This document shows positions 1 through 13,229 of a DNA stretch of 64,000 nt, one piece after another. This stretch comes from Lophium mytilinum (Eukaryota): NCBI GenBank assembly GCA_010093605.1, contig MU004198.1:932726-996725 (forward strand), given 5' to 3'. The notes beneath the pieces are model-generated. The model did no database searches. It saw nothing but the letters and a program-made list of their open reading frames with translations, and was not told the origin of the DNA. How positions within the stretch are numbered: position 1 is the first letter of the stretch; every line of letters starts with the position of its first letter. The translations under genes were made by a program, and so were the position numbers.

Positions 1-1023
1 TGAAGGATATTAGCACACAGTCCGCAATTCTTGCCAGCGAGACTGGTACGATCCGTTGCGTGTTATTCCCAAACCCCACGACCATCATATCGGGCGCATC
101 TGACGGAAGTGTGATCGTGTGGGACGTCCCGTCTGGCAGACGCCGACATACTCTGAAAGAAGGCCATAGTAACACTCATACCGTGGCAGCTGCCGAGACA
201 GACGAGGGACATCCTTCGGCAGTCACCAGTCTCAAATCACAGGCCAATCTTCTTGTTTCTGCGACTCGTGGGGGCACAGCACAAATCTGGGATCTGAACA
301 GCGGCCAGTGTATACAAACACTGACAGGTCACGTTGACTATTTCTCAAAAGTGGAACTCAACGCCAATCGCTCTCTGCTCGCGACAGGGCAAGCAAAGGG
401 CGAAATAAGAATCTGGGATCTCAAGTCTGGGTAAAGAACTTCCGCGCCATTAATTCCGCTTCGAGACACAGCTAACATGTCTGTACGATACGGATAGCGC
501 ATGCATCGCGACATGCCGTGACCATACATGGGTCGTGACGCAGTTCTCGACCGACCCCGACGACACAGGGCTCCTCGTCTCAGCCTCAGCAGACGGCTGG
601 ATCCGTACCTGGGAGTGGAGCACCGGCGCCCCCGTGCGCGCGCTCTGGACCGGCGACCACTCGGCGGGTAGAAACGCTATTCGTGGAGTCTTCTGGACGA
701 AGGAGCTGATGGTCACGGCGAACGTGAATGGGCTGCTGAGGGCGTATGACCGCCAAACTCACCAGCCTCGCTTCGACCTACGAGTGCGTCAAGGTGACAT
801 TTTCCACGTTGCGAGGCGAGGCGATTTGCTGGCTGTTGTGGTGAGGGTTGAGAGCGGGAAGCATGCGGTTGAGCTGTATGACGTTTCGGGACTTGATATG
901 GAACAGAGTAGGTTTGTGAACAAGGATGTAGATTTGGCGGGGTTGAGTCTGGTGATGAATCTTACTCTTGGATGCCTGGTGGCGGGACAGAGGAATACTG
1001 GAGGCGGATTTGATGGAGATTGA
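1..1023 (+). CDS. WD40-repeat protein, 5' end outside the window (possibly F-box/WD40 type)
   Basis: Repeated WD40 motifs (SGASDGSVIVWD, GTAQIWD, TLTGH, EIRIWD, SASADGWIRTWE). Intron 431-497 (GTAAAG..GCTAAC..TAG) joins ORFs 60..434 and 535..1023 in frame (KSG/ACIATCRDHTWVV). The frame is open back to the window edge. Confidence 0.85.
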
Positions 1024-1759
1024 GGTTATGGAATGCAAGTGTGCCCCCGTACTCATTCCATGAATTAATGGCTTTGTGTCTTCTCTTCGACATACAAACT
1101 TCTTACACAGCACCATAAACGTTTACCCCCCTGCGTCCGCATTGGACAGGATTTCAGTCATCACCCTCAATCTTTGCACTGTAATTGTATATCAAGGTAA
1201 ATGAACTCCGAGCACAACATCGCTTGAACAGTACTACGCTATTAGTCTAACCATTACTGCTCGCCTTCAATCCTGTTCATTTGACACCACCGAGAGGGGC
1301 GGCCCGGCTTGGTGATAGGCAATGAGTTAGGGAATAGTCTGATTTGCAATGCGTGGAATTTGTCATTCCACCTAGATGCGTAAGACCTCATGGGGTATCC
1401 GCAAGCAGTGGTAAGTGAGCGTGTACACATTTCTAGCCTGTCGCTGTAGATCTCTTGATATCGAGATCGAAACAACCAGGGAGGCCTCGATTGACTACAA
1501 CGGAGGATCTTAGTGCAGCGACATGGTGCTCAATATAGAAGTCCTAGCCAGCCATACTGTTTGTCCAAAAAGCCGAAGCCGTGGTAGTCGATATCGGGGT
1601 CAAGATTGAAAGTCTAAAACGCGAACTAAAAATCTAGTTTTCATTAAACATGCCGCGAACTCGAAACGCATAGGGGAGTGCAGGACATCAGAACTTAGAG
1701 CACTCACTTCCCCCGGCTAGGTTTTCGTCAATGTCCGCGGAGGCCCCTAGGAGGGATGC

Positions 1760-3634
1760 TCAGCCCGTCCACCCATCCCACTCCCGATACATCACCCTCA
1801 ACCTCTCCTTCTCGGCCTCGCTACCGAAAATCGTCTCCACTGCACCCTCACAAAGTTTTCTCACATCGTCCTTTGTGAGTTCGAAATGCTCCGCTGCGAG
1901 TCTATACTCCTCGCTCAATGGACTTTCAAACACGCCCACATCATCCGTCTGCACCGCCATTAGCGACTACTCCCTATCCCCAATATCATAGCATATCAAG
2001 GGCACCTAGCAGGAAAATTCAACTCACACTTAACGCCACCCCAACCCCAGCGCCCCTCCACCACCCAAAATGATGCCCCTCATACCCCCCGTCCCCGTGC
2101 ATCTTCAGCTGTACATTACAGCTCAAGCACAGCTCCACTCCAACGCCTTGTTTCACAATTTCATCCTTGATCTCCTCTTTCACATGGATAACATGCCCGA
2201 TCCGCCCTGGCTGCCACCGTAGTAACTCCCGCAGTTCCTCGTCTGTTGCTGAGGCGGTAGCTTCCGCAAAATGCAGCGTAATCCCCAGCCCTGCCTCTTT
2301 TGCACGCTGGAAAGCGGGGGCGAACTTGGCAATCCCACTGACGGCGGGGTCGCCGCAGAGGTCGACGCCAACGACGCCGAAGGGGCGGTGTTTGAGGGCG
2401 AGGTCGACTGTGTCGTGGGCTTCGGGGAGGGAGTTCCGGCGGTCGATGGAGAGGATGAGGGTGGCGTGGAGGGTGTTTGCCGGGTCGGCGTTGTGCGAGC
2501 GCAGGATGGAGAGGACGGTGGAGACGTAGAGGTCTTTTGAGATGTTGTGAGCTGGGCTAGCGCGAGGGGTGGTGCGGAGTTCGAGGTAGACGACGCCGTC
2601 GGCTTGGAAGTCGGAGAGGACTCTTTTGGTGGAGAATCTGGGGCGAGTGGTGAGTTGTTGGGTTGAGGGAGGTCGGATGGTTGTTGCGAGGGGCGAAAGT
2701 GGATGGAAAATAAGCAGAGATGAAGCACGAAGGCACGTAATGAGCGCAGAAGCGAGAGAGCAGAATAAGATATTGATAGCTATGGAACGGAACTAGAACA
2801 TACTCGATGCTTGGAAGATCACTACATAGTTGGTAGATGTAAGATGAGAAAAGCGGAAAGAATCTGAGACGACTTGGTTAGCTACCTAGACGTCCATGCC
2901 AAACGTCGCTCAAGCTGGAAAGTTCGCCCGCGACCGATCGTACAACATGGTTGACCGTCTCACAGACGCCTGATGAACAGCTGACGTGAAACAGGCTGCA
3001 GACCGTGGTTGAAACGGAGGATTCTTTGGCACCCTCCCAATATGCTCTTGCGTAAGGTCATTTACAGCGAACTTATAGATATAAGTTGAAACGAGTAGAC
3101 GGCCGCGCATAACGTTGGCCTAGAGAGCTGCGGACTCCTGCAGGTCTCGAGGCAGTGTGACGTTGGCAGCATGCTAAGACGCGCCTAAAAGCTTCAATCC
3201 AGCGTCTGCCTCAGATCTCAGGCATCTACGCGTCCTGCTGGAGGTGATATCAAGTATCATTCACCGATCAGGCCCGTTCGGAGGGTGGGTTTTTGCCCAA
3301 CCAATCTCGGACCGTCACCTGCGGTTCACATAATGAGAGTGGCCTACGTGTTGAGGTCTATCACTACGCCCGGCGGTATCGCAACGAGCGGGTCTGGGAG
3401 CGCAAGGCTGGGATCCTCGTCCTTCTTGATGCGCCAGATGTCGTGCAGCGTGCCCCGACTGATGCTGCCGGTGAGATGGGCGTGAAGCTGCCGAGTCATG
3501 GATTAGCAATCCAAGGTTTGGCGGGCTCCCACGCCGGCCGCCGTCGTATCGCAGCGAGGGCTAAGGGGCAGAAGCAGTGCAGGCGGTACCTCAATCTTGG
3601 GCAGCCTCTGGGCGAAGGCGGCGTCGACGGCCAT
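1760..3634 (-). CDS. Adenosine deaminase-like protein (ADAL/MAPDA, N6-methyl-AMP deaminase family)
   Basis: Five exons (3634-3590, 3487-3348, 2863-2804, 2637-2028, 1948-1760) with GT-AG introns. They give MAVDAAFAQRLPKIE-LHAHLTGSIS, DGVVYLELRTTPR, LHFAE, RIGHV, ELCLSCN and LSTDDVGVF, the amidohydrolase metal motifs typical of ADAL. Confidence 0.9.
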
Positions 3635-4079
3635 GGTGTTGTGAAGTGAATGGAACAATGCAGCTGCAGTTGCGGCCCCGTATGCAGAGTGCTGAGGGAA
3701 TGTCTGCCGTCTGGGGGCGGAGGAGTTCGACTCGCAGCGGGAATGTCGCCTGCAGTGGTGGCCCCCAGGCCGGAGAGTGGGCGGAGCTTGGCCCGGAGCG
3801 GACAAGCGCGGCCTGGGCGTCCCCTTCTCCAATGTGCCTGCCGCGAACCTCAACCTCCAGCCATCGCAGCGCACCTCACCAACCCACCGCACCGCCAACT
3901 CCTCCGTGTCCGGCCATTGTCCTCTCGCCGCGCCCAGTCGCCCTTCTCTGCGACCGCCGGACCTCCTCAGCGCTTGCAACGTCCATCTCCAGTCCGCCGC
4001 CGCGAGAGGAGCCCCCTGATCCGCCTGCCCTGCCCGTCCGCGCGACGACGTCGTCCTCGCCGCCCCAAAGTTGCCAATC

Positions 4080-5397
4080 ATGGCCGACATGAGTGCCGAG
4101 TCGATCCAGCAGAAGATCCAGATTGCCCGACGTGATGCGGAGGCTCTCAAGGACCGCATCAAGCGCAAGAAGGATGAGCTCGCCGACACCACCCGTACGT
4201 GCTCCCGGCCGGTACTCGGCCATACATATGAATCTATACTCCCCCAATTGCTTAGAGTCCCCATGCTGACCTGCTCGCCATAGTCCGCGACGTCGCACGA
4301 CAGCGCGTCGATGCGCTGCCCCGCCTCACCATGAAGACCAAGCGCACCCTCAAGGGCCATCTGGCCAAGATCTATGCCATGCACTGGTCGACCGACCGCC
4401 GACATCTCGTCTCCGCCTCCCAGGACGGCAAGCTGATCATCTGGGATGCCTACACAACCAACAAGGTCCACGCCATTCCGCTCCGTTCGTCGTGGGTCAT
4501 GACCTGCGCCTACTCGCCCAGCGGCAACTACGTAGCTTGCGGAGGACTCGATAACATCTGCTCCATATACAACCTGTCTGCTCGTGAAGGCCCCACTCGC
4601 GTTGCCCGCGAACTCTCCGGCCACTCTGGCTATCTCAGCTGCTGTCGTTTCATCAGCGACCGCCGCATCCTCACCTCCTCTGGCGACATGACCTGCGTTC
4701 TCTGGGATCTAGAAACCGGCTCCAAGGTTCACGAGTTCGCGGACCATCTTGGTGATGTGATGAGCTTGAGCATCAACCCTCTGGACGCCAATCAGTTCGT
4801 GTCCGGTGCCTGCGACGCCTTTGCGAAGCTGTGGGATATCCGCCAGCAAAAGTGCGTGCAGACGTTCGCTGCCCACGACTCGGACATCAATGCCATCCAG
4901 TTCTTCCCCAATGGAAACGCGTTTGGTACTGGATCCGATGACGCGTCTTGCCGTCTGTTTGACATCCGCGCCGACCGCGAGCTCCAGAGCTACACCGTGA
5001 GTCCCTCTCCAAATCATGGCCAGTTTCAAGCTACAAATACTGACTACTTCTGTTTCGTAGATTGGCGAGCCCGTCTGTGGCATTACTTCGGTTGCTTTCT
5101 CTGTGTCGGGACGACTACTGTTTGCCGGCTACGACGACTTCGAGTGCAAGGTAAGACTGGGGAAACATCGGACAAGGCAGAGACGACGCTAACGGTTCCA
5201 GGTCTGGGATGTTCTTCGTGGAGAGCGAGTCGGGACGCTTCAAGGTCACGACAACCGTGTCAGCTGTCTCGGCGTGAGCATGGATGCGATGAGCCTGTGC
5301 ACGGGATCGTGGGACTCAATGGTACGTTTCGCTGCGCCACCATGTTTCGAGGGGATGGAAGTGGCTAATAGTGATGTAGTTGCGTATCTGGGCATGA
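4080..5397 (+). CDS. GPB1: Heterotrimeric G-protein beta subunit (SfaD/GNB-1/Ste4 orthologue)
   Basis: Exons 4080-4194, 4284-4996, 5061-5150, 5202-5321, 5380-5397. N-terminal coiled coil, then [13 protein letters not shown]...[12 protein letters not shown]...[10 protein letters not shown]...TGSWDSMLRIWA. Confidence 0.98.
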
Positions 5398-7314
5398 TTG
5401 TGGCTGCTCTGCGCTGCAAGATGTACGACGTTAATGGTGTGGGCTAGCTTCCAGCTGCAGCTGGTCCAGACACTCTAATCCTCAAGCTGTATGCTTATTA
5501 CCCTCGACCAAGCAACAGCCACAGCCACAACAAAATTCTCACATTTATCTGCACCGCAACGTCTTTGTGGGCAGTCAATAACACAAGAGCAAGATGGATC
5601 TTGGAGGGGTGCGGAGTAATATGCCGTTTGCGCGACAGCTTCCGGGGCGCTCCGGATGGGTTGCAAGTTTTCTCTTGTGCTGTTTTAAACTTCTTCTTTC
5701 CTTCGGACATGTTTTGCTATGTTGGGTTGGCTTTTCTGTGGCTGTGTCGTACATGCGTCTCTCCCCCGTGTATTCCCCGAGTTCTCTCTAGCACCCGTAT
5801 TCCCCGTTGGTTGAAAAAGCACGGCACCATTTGGTTTCTTCGGTCGGGTGCTCGGCCGGTTTTCGTGTAAGTTTTTTGAGTGTTGTGTGTGTATCAGCAA
5901 GCAAGAGGATGGATGGAGGTCGGCACTGGCTTTTTCTTGACTCCCCTAGCATGCATTTATGGAACCTTGATCTTAACCTCATGGGCTTTGCGGCGTGATC
6001 TCTGTGCTACTGTACCTTTTCTCACCCTCGAACCCGGATGTCGTCGGACATTTCTGCCACTGGATGCTCCCTCTGCATTCGTCTCCTTGCCTACGAGACT
6101 GCGATTGTCGGATGAGATGATGGCTATAACTGCATCGGGCAGGGCCTGGCTGGTGTAGTTGGCACAACGACGGTCATTTCCACAGACACGAAATGAACAA
6201 TCTCTGCACTTTGTCCTTGCCAGACACCACCACGTAAGGAGAGCGGCTCGAGCTCCGAGTGCACGTGTGAAGATAGCCATACAGCGGCCGGATTGAGCCC
6301 GATGAGTCAAATTCTCGTCCAGGTCATGGCATGACCAGGGCGGCAGATGCCACGATGCGTCCCTTTTCTAACAGCGTCCTCGTCACCCTGGCCTCCTCTC
6401 TAACCTCATGCTGGCACGCTCTAACTGCAATCTGGTGAGCCCTTGGAGGGCGAATATGCCGCTTGCGGGGATCAGGGGTTGGAGTGACGCAGGGGGCTAG
6501 GGTACGGGCTTTCTAGAAGCCTTCCGCTTGCGTGTTAAGGGCGATGCTGGCCTTAGCATTGCGGCGCCCAGCAGCGTGGGAATTGGCGGAGCGGCGCAGG
6601 CGTCTGATGATTGACGATGCTGTTGAATGGTAGGGACGCGGACTTCAGTTCCGGCGTGCGAGGCTGTTTCAGGCCGGAGCATGTCCGCAGGGAGGCCCCC
6701 CCGGACTTTTGCAGTTGGGTTTGGAGAGGATGGGATGGGATGGCCGTGTGGCGCGGTTTGAGTGCTGCAGGCGTCCAACAGCGGCTGTGTGGGAGACGAT
6801 CAGCCTGATGTTTCATGAGGCCCTGAGGCCGTTGGTTTGCACCGACGCAGCGTGTTTCACCGTGAGATTCGAATTGCCCGCAAGCGCGTGGCAGCAGCGC
6901 ACAGAGGCACAGAGGGGCCCCCCAGGACCTCCTGGCGATCGCATTGTGGCCACCTGTTGTTGCATTATTCTTGTCATCAATATCTGCAGCCCTCACCTCA
7001 GCCCTAGCACTGCTCACTAGGCCAACGCGCTCACAGGCACCAGGGGTACAAGCCAGCGGGGACGCCCCAGTAGTCCACTGCCCGATCCACTCGCCCTCGT
7101 CACCGCGTGCTTGTGCTTCCTTTTCCTCCCACACCCCCCCTCGTCCCTCTGACCCCCTTCACCCAATCACGCGCCTGAAACCTCCCCCTTCTCACCGACG
7201 TCCTGGCCGCTGCTCGCTCCAACCGCTGCGCATCGTCCCATCTCCTCAGGCCCTCCCGGCAGTCGCAGCTCACCAGCCATATATTACTTCCTCCCCCACA
7301 CGCATTCCGAAAAA

Positions 7315-8254
7315 ATGCCCTCCCAAGCCGCCCAAGACGAATTCGACGCGCTCTTTGCGGACAAAGACTACCACTCCCTCCCGCACCCCGAAGACCGCGA
7401 CGCCCGTTCTGACCACGACGACTCCGACCACGACGCCCTCCCCGAGCACTACTACGAGAAGGACTCTGAGGACGACGAGCCCGAGGCTTCCAATTCCGAC
7501 ATGCGCGCCAACTACTACCTCCCCCAGCGCCGCGGCGAGATGAACACGGGGCCCAAGGGCGTCATTGCCGACGCCCATGCCTTTGAGCAGGCGAAGCGGG
7601 CCCGTCGCTTCTCGCTGTTTAGAGGGAAGGAGAACGCCCAGATGGGGTACTCGGTGGCCGTGTATACGGACGAGAAGGACAAGAGTAGTGAGGACGACGC
7701 TGAAGAGGGTTTCATGCAGCGATGGCGGCAGGCACGGTTACGAGAGCTGCAAGGAGCTGGCAGGCGGATTCGCAGCAGGACGAGCAGCCCTGGGAAGCGA
7801 GTGTATGGGAGCTTGGTTAATGTGGATGGGGATGGGTTTTTGGATGCCATTGAGAAGTCGTCGTCGGATACGGTGGTTGTGGTGTTCATTTACGATGATA
7901 TGGTATGTTTCAACCCTCATTCAAACCATGTCAACGCTAACAGGTGTCCAGTCTGATATTAGTGGCATGGTCGAAGACTGCGTGAGGAGACTCGCGAAGC
8001 AGCACTCGTCAACACGCTTCGTGAAGCTGCACTTCGAGGACGCCGAGATGGAGAGGGCCGGTGTGCCCGCCCTACTCGCCTATAGGGGCGGTGACAAGTT
8101 CGCTGGACTCGTCCCCGTCATGGACGAGATCCCAGATGACGCCGAGTTGAGCGCGATGAGTTTGGAGGTGGCGTTGAAGAAGTGGGTTCCTCTTATCTTC
8201 ACACGATACACGTTTCACATGCTGATCATCTGTAGACATCAAGTCCTTTTCTAG
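7315..8254 (+). CDS. phnA: Phosducin-like protein (PhLP1 class; PhnA/BDM-1 orthologue)
   Basis: NTGPKGVIADA G-beta-gamma-binding motif and a thioredoxin-like C-terminal domain (VVVVFIYDD, TRFVKL, VPALLAYRGG). Introns 7903-7951 and 8182-8235. Confidence 0.93.
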
Positions 8255-9332
8255 TGCTAGAACGGCCCGCTCCTCCATCGATCTGCCCCGCACGCCCGAA
8301 TGACTCGACCGTTGTGGATTCCAATCCTGGCTCACTACCATATGCGCACCGCTCTGCCTCCTGCTCCTTCGGACCATTTCCGAAACGCCAACGCCTATAA
8401 CAACACTCTAATCCGGCGACCTCCGTGAATCCTCTCTCCAGCACTCAACTCTCCATACCATTTCGACTCTAACCCAACGCGGACAAGCCACGCACGACAC
8501 CCTGGCATTTGCCAACCAACATTGATACCACGCTAGCCGACACACCTCGACAGCTCTCCCAACAAAGCCTAAAAATTTCCTTTTGTTCCAGCCGCGGCGT
8601 TTTCTACCATAGATGAGGGATTCTCGTTTGGATATCCACTACGTTACGTTTGTTGGCTCTCATACCCTTTTTGTATTTCTTCAGCTCCCAGAATTTTTGG
8701 ATGATTTCTGGTTTATCGGGCTTGGATAGCGATGCTCGGGTTGGGACGGATTGGCGTATGGACGAAATGGAGGTATCTGGATAGCTTATTTGAGGTTAGG
8801 GGTATGAAGGCTCGGCGTCTAGCTGGGTTTATGAGATGATTTTTTACTACTTCCTCATCCTTCATCGTGTTGCAGTGTCACAGTGTCACATTGTTTCGTC
8901 ATTAAGATTCGTGCATTCTCTTGACATCGTTTGGGGGCTTCCAACCTACTAACAGAAACCAGAGGCAGCAGATACACTTCCAGTCTGCGTACACCCTGTG
9001 AACGTCGTCTAGGGTGGCTTCGCGAGTTCACCAGTTGTGCCAAAACGCGGCCTCGTCTCTTATTTAGAGGGCTAAAAATACTAATACGAGGCACCTCACG
9101 CAGCAGGGTAAACAAGTATACGAATATCCATAACTCGTTGCCCCGTACGCCTTAACTACATTAGTAAAGTTAACGGTCGTATACATCCAATTACACCCTC
9201 TCCTCTCCCAACCCCCCGCATTCCCAACCCACCACAAAAGAACTGTACAAATCGGAATCGTAAAATCCCCCAACTACATCCCATCCCCTCCCTGCCCCCA
9301 CCGATGCCTCAGCTTCGTTTTAGAGGGGAGAG

Positions 9333-9766
9333 CTAAACCCGCTCCACCCTCTCCGCCTCCGCTTCCGCCTCCCCACCAACCCCCTTTTCTCGCAGCAACC
9401 CGGATGCGCGGAGAGCGTCGATGCGTGAGGCTTCCTTGCGTTGGCTGATGGCGTTGCCGTGGTTCCACGCGAAGCCGTAGAGGATCATGCAGAGGAGCAT
9501 GAAGGCTGTGGGGTTGTTAGTGGGGGGGAGATTGGGGAATTGGATAGGGGGAGGGGAGGGAAGAGGGGGAGAGGTGGGGGATGGGGATGGGGATGGGGAT
9601 GGGTAGGGTAGAGGTAGTGTAGAGGATTGAGGGTGGAGGGTTAGAGGGTAGCGGATATTGGGTAGAAGGGGAGAGTAGGCGTACCGATAAACCCAAACAT
9701 CACCCCAATCTCATGCCCAACGCTGGGAGGCGCGACGTAAGGTTTCGTCGGTTCTTTAGCGGACAT
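9333..9766 (-). CDS. Small (~84 aa) single-pass membrane protein, not in the ORF track
   Basis: ATG 9766 and intron 9684-9506 (GTACGC..CTAAC..CAG) give MSAKEPTKPYVAPPSVGHEIGVMFGFIAFMLLCMILYGFAWNHGNAISQRKEASRIDALRASG...RVERV*. A probable 5'-UTR intron has its acceptor near 9818. Confidence 0.75.
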
Positions 9767-10991
9767 TTTCGAATTGTAATTGTGGGTGATTAAGAATGTC
9801 TTATAATACACGGATAACTACGATCGGTCGTCAGCACCGTACGTACTGCTCCCCGGCATTCAGACCTCATCTCTCAAATCTCTCCGATTTAGAAATACTT
9901 ACGATATTCTCTACACTACGATACCAGCTGGCCTCTCTTCTAATTCAGCAGGTCCAGGTGCTTCACTCGACGTTTATATGTTGAACGTTCAATAGTACCT
10001 TTGTGCAGTAGCGAACAAGCAGCCCAGCTTCCGCAATCTGGGGTGCCGGGCTGCTTTTGGAGTTCGATGCGGGCGGGGGAGCTTCGAAGGAACGCCGATG
10101 ACGTCCGCCCAATGTTAGTGGGGTCAGCCATTGGGTGGGAGCAGTTGCGGGAAGCGGGAAGCGATCGGCGCGGCCTTTCGCGAGGTGGAGATGGTGGGGC
10201 AGGGAGTTTTGAGCGGATATGTCATGTGATGTGTGATGGAATGGGGAGGTGAGATGAGATATAAAAGGGACGAAGGGATCGAGAGCTTGATTACTTGAAA
10301 TGAGATGGAAATTCGGAGAATTAAAGACCAGCTCCCGGCAATAATCACCACTATTGAGAGCTTACTGAAGAAGTTGAGTTTGAGGCTATTGAAGCTACAG
10401 GGCCAGTGGCGCCGGTGGGGAGCTCTGGGAAGAAGGAGCTAGAGGGGTGTTTCCCTGCTGGTTTTCTGACCATTGAAGGACGAAGGGAAGGTCGAATAGA
10501 ACCTTAGACTTTTGTAATGAGGGAGAACTCATATGTAACCATCCTTAGCTAGAAATGATAGCACGACCAATGCTTTCGAGGTGTCCTTAGTAAACCCTAA
10601 CGATTCGGGATGTTTATGAAGATGAACACTAGTAGCGCCGTTAGGTAACCCGTTAACCACACGGCTGGGGTTGAACATTTGTCCTTTATCCCGGTGGTGG
10701 TGACTTTATTTATGGCTTCACGGCATTGAGGAAGAGAAGACCAGCGAGAACATGTTTGTGGGGACTACTTTAGGTCTGAAATACCGTTTTAGAATGACGT
10801 TGCTAGGACATAGGCAGGTCTCGAGGACTTAAATCAATACATAGGCTCACTGCTTGGGTAATACCACTTCGTATCCAAGTTTGTTCAGGTTATTGAAGCA
10901 CTCCAAACAGTGGTAGGCAACCCCTCGTATATGTTTGGTAGGAACGTTCGAATTCCTCGCCCTCTAACGAAGAGAAACGCTTTACAAGCTG

Positions 10992-12209
10992 CTACTTCGT
11001 CTCATGCCCCGGCAACTCCTGCAAGACTTGTGTATTATCCAGCTCAGCTGCCGGCGTCAGACCCCCGGCCTCTCTCTCGTTTATCAGCCTACCCAGATTC
11101 TCCTCCTGCTCATCAAGCTGTTGTAGTTGCTTCAGCCGATTCTTCTGCTCCTGTATCCTTGCGTGTTCCTGCTTCAACTGCTGCAAATGCCCGTCTTCTG
11201 GTATTGCGCCTGATGGAGGCCGGGAGTCCGACACAAGAGGAGATAGCCCTCCGCTGAGAACAGCGTGACTCGAGACTGGTGATTGCGGGTCCAGCTCGCT
11301 GATCAGAGGACTTTGGGTCATTTGGGGCGAATACGGTGATATTGGAGCAGAGGAGCCATGCAGCTCGCTCATCTTTTGGTCGAGCGCATTCGACGTCGCT
11401 TTCGTAGTCTCTATAGCTTTTGGAGCAACGTCTTGGTTGCCATGGCTGTCGTGGTTACTGTCGTCTGCGATGCTCTGTTTGTGTCTTCGGAAGAGCAGAA
11501 AGGCACATGCGAGGGCGAGAACGGCGATTGCAGCTGATCCGACGCCAATGCCAGCCTTTGTGCCAGGAGAAAGAGAATTTGACGCAGGTGGAACGGACGA
11601 GATAGACATCACCGATGTGAGCGATGATGTGGATGAGTCCAATGCAGAAACTTGAGACGTTGTCGAAGTGATAAGTCCAGTGACCAGCGAGTTTATGTCA
11701 GAAGAAGGTTCCATCGTTGTAGCTGAAGTTCTTCGAGGTATAACACCAGGACTCAATGGATCAGTTTCCAGTATGGATAAGTCGGAGGGTTTCCATCGAA
11801 TTTGTAAGCCCCAGGTAGAGGTATTAGTGTTCATTGCTGTGTTGAAGCTCGTGCAATACGAGCCACTCTCGCCGCAAGAGTAGGAGCTAATGCAATTAGT
11901 GATTTTGGAAAGTGCTTGTCAATCGCGAATCATTCTCACTAACCTTGGGCAACACCGCCATGCGAATTCCCCTTGCGTTTGAGTTGGCCCTTCAACACCA
12001 TTGCAGAGATCGCTAGGCCTCGAGCAGTCGACCGTATAAGACAACGGACAGATTGCCGGGGAATAGTATCCGACGTTAGTTAACCAGTAGTCGGTGAAAC
12101 CAGGAGGCATACAGTCGTAGCTCTCACAGGGGTAGGGTGGGGTAAACACGGTAGTAAGCGGACCCGCGGGTGCCGTCACATCGTAGGAGGTGGGACATGA
12201 AGTAGACAT
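10992..12209 (-). CDS. Single-pass membrane protein with Cys-rich N-terminus, Ser/Thr-rich stalk and coiled-coil tail (Mid2/Wsc-like architecture)
   Basis: Intron 11943-11887 (GTTAGT..CTAAT..TAG) joins ORFs 11919..12212 and 10992..11834 in frame. Contains GPLTTVFTPP, YYSPAICP, AWRCCP, TM segment AGIGVGSAAIAVLALACAFLLFRR and SEL/AEL motifs in the tail. Confidence 0.8.
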
Positions 12210-13229
12210 CAAGATTGAATTCCAGTTAGCAGGATGGTCGAAAGAGGAAGAAGTAGATGAGAAACACGGAAGAAAGATGGCTCCCTAACGACGACATATA
12301 ATGAGAAAGCACCAGATGTAGTGGCACTGCATGCGAGGGGTCCGTTTCACAGAAAGCTAGCTAGCTCTCATTTTTCGCTCTGGTCCTCAAGTTGTGTAAG
12401 ATCGCAAGTAGACCTTTGATAGGATATATTGAATGTTGTGCTTCTTTTCATGCCTGTTGGCCTGTCTCTCCATGAAAGACGTGCGCAGATTGGCTTTGTG
12501 ATACCTTGACAGCGTTACCACTCTGCGCATACCCGATGATTAGAATGAAACCAGGGGCGAGAATACTAAGACACTGTATTGGGTGCCCCGGTTCGGCGTC
12601 GTGTTCTGCGTTTCTAGTAATGTGCTGATGCACTCCCAATAGCGGCGATGCCGTCAACCAGAAGTGTTGAGGACCACTCCAGATCAAGCTGTAGAGGTCT
12701 TTACATCGCCCTGAATTTTTTATGATGCGCTGAAGCAAGCCTGACAGTGGCAAACGAGTGTAACAGCGCATAGCAAAGCACTCTAGGAAAGAGCAACAAG
12801 TTGAGAATGATCGCAAGAGTACGCATATAGGCAAAAGAAAGGGGTTGTGGTATGCATGTAGCCCGTGAAGCACGACAGTACAGTCTCGCGTAATGTCGCA
12901 AATTGGGGACGTGGCTCTTATTATCTGCGGGTTCTCGCACGATACCATGACGCTGGGTCACTGAAGTGAAATTCCGGTGAGTTTCGAGTTTCTAGGCTGT
13001 AATCAAGGATGACAGGAACACAAGTTGTTCGTCCAACCTTGAAGGGACTTCCAATAGGTTGATAACGCGAAGAGTCGTGGCAAAGCACACCGAGGGCGTG
13101 CCTCTTGTCCTTTGTGGGTCTATCAGCTTGCGCTAGCACCTTTGGACCCTACCAATGAATGCATCTAGCGATGTTAAGCCTTAGAGACTTTAATCCAGGG
13201 CTGTAGAGACAACACTAAGTACCGGTGTT

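Noticed and set aside
2917..3075. GGAAAGTTCGC / GCGAACTT complementarity resembling RNase P/MRP P4
   Set aside because: The other conserved regions and the spacing do not fit. An 8-bp complement is unremarkable.
3503..4624. 373-aa minus-strand ORF
   Set aside because: Antisense shadow of the GC-rich G-beta gene and promoter. Only its MAVDAAFAQRLPKIE segment is real (ADAL exon 1).
5475..7300. Many 60-200 aa ORFs between G-beta and phosducin
   Set aside because: Overlapping, low-complexity frames without motifs, consistent with UTR and promoter DNA.
10593..10601. AACCCTAAC, a possible telomerase RNA template
   Set aside because: A 9-mer of this class is expected by chance in 64 kb, and no other telomerase RNA feature was recognised.
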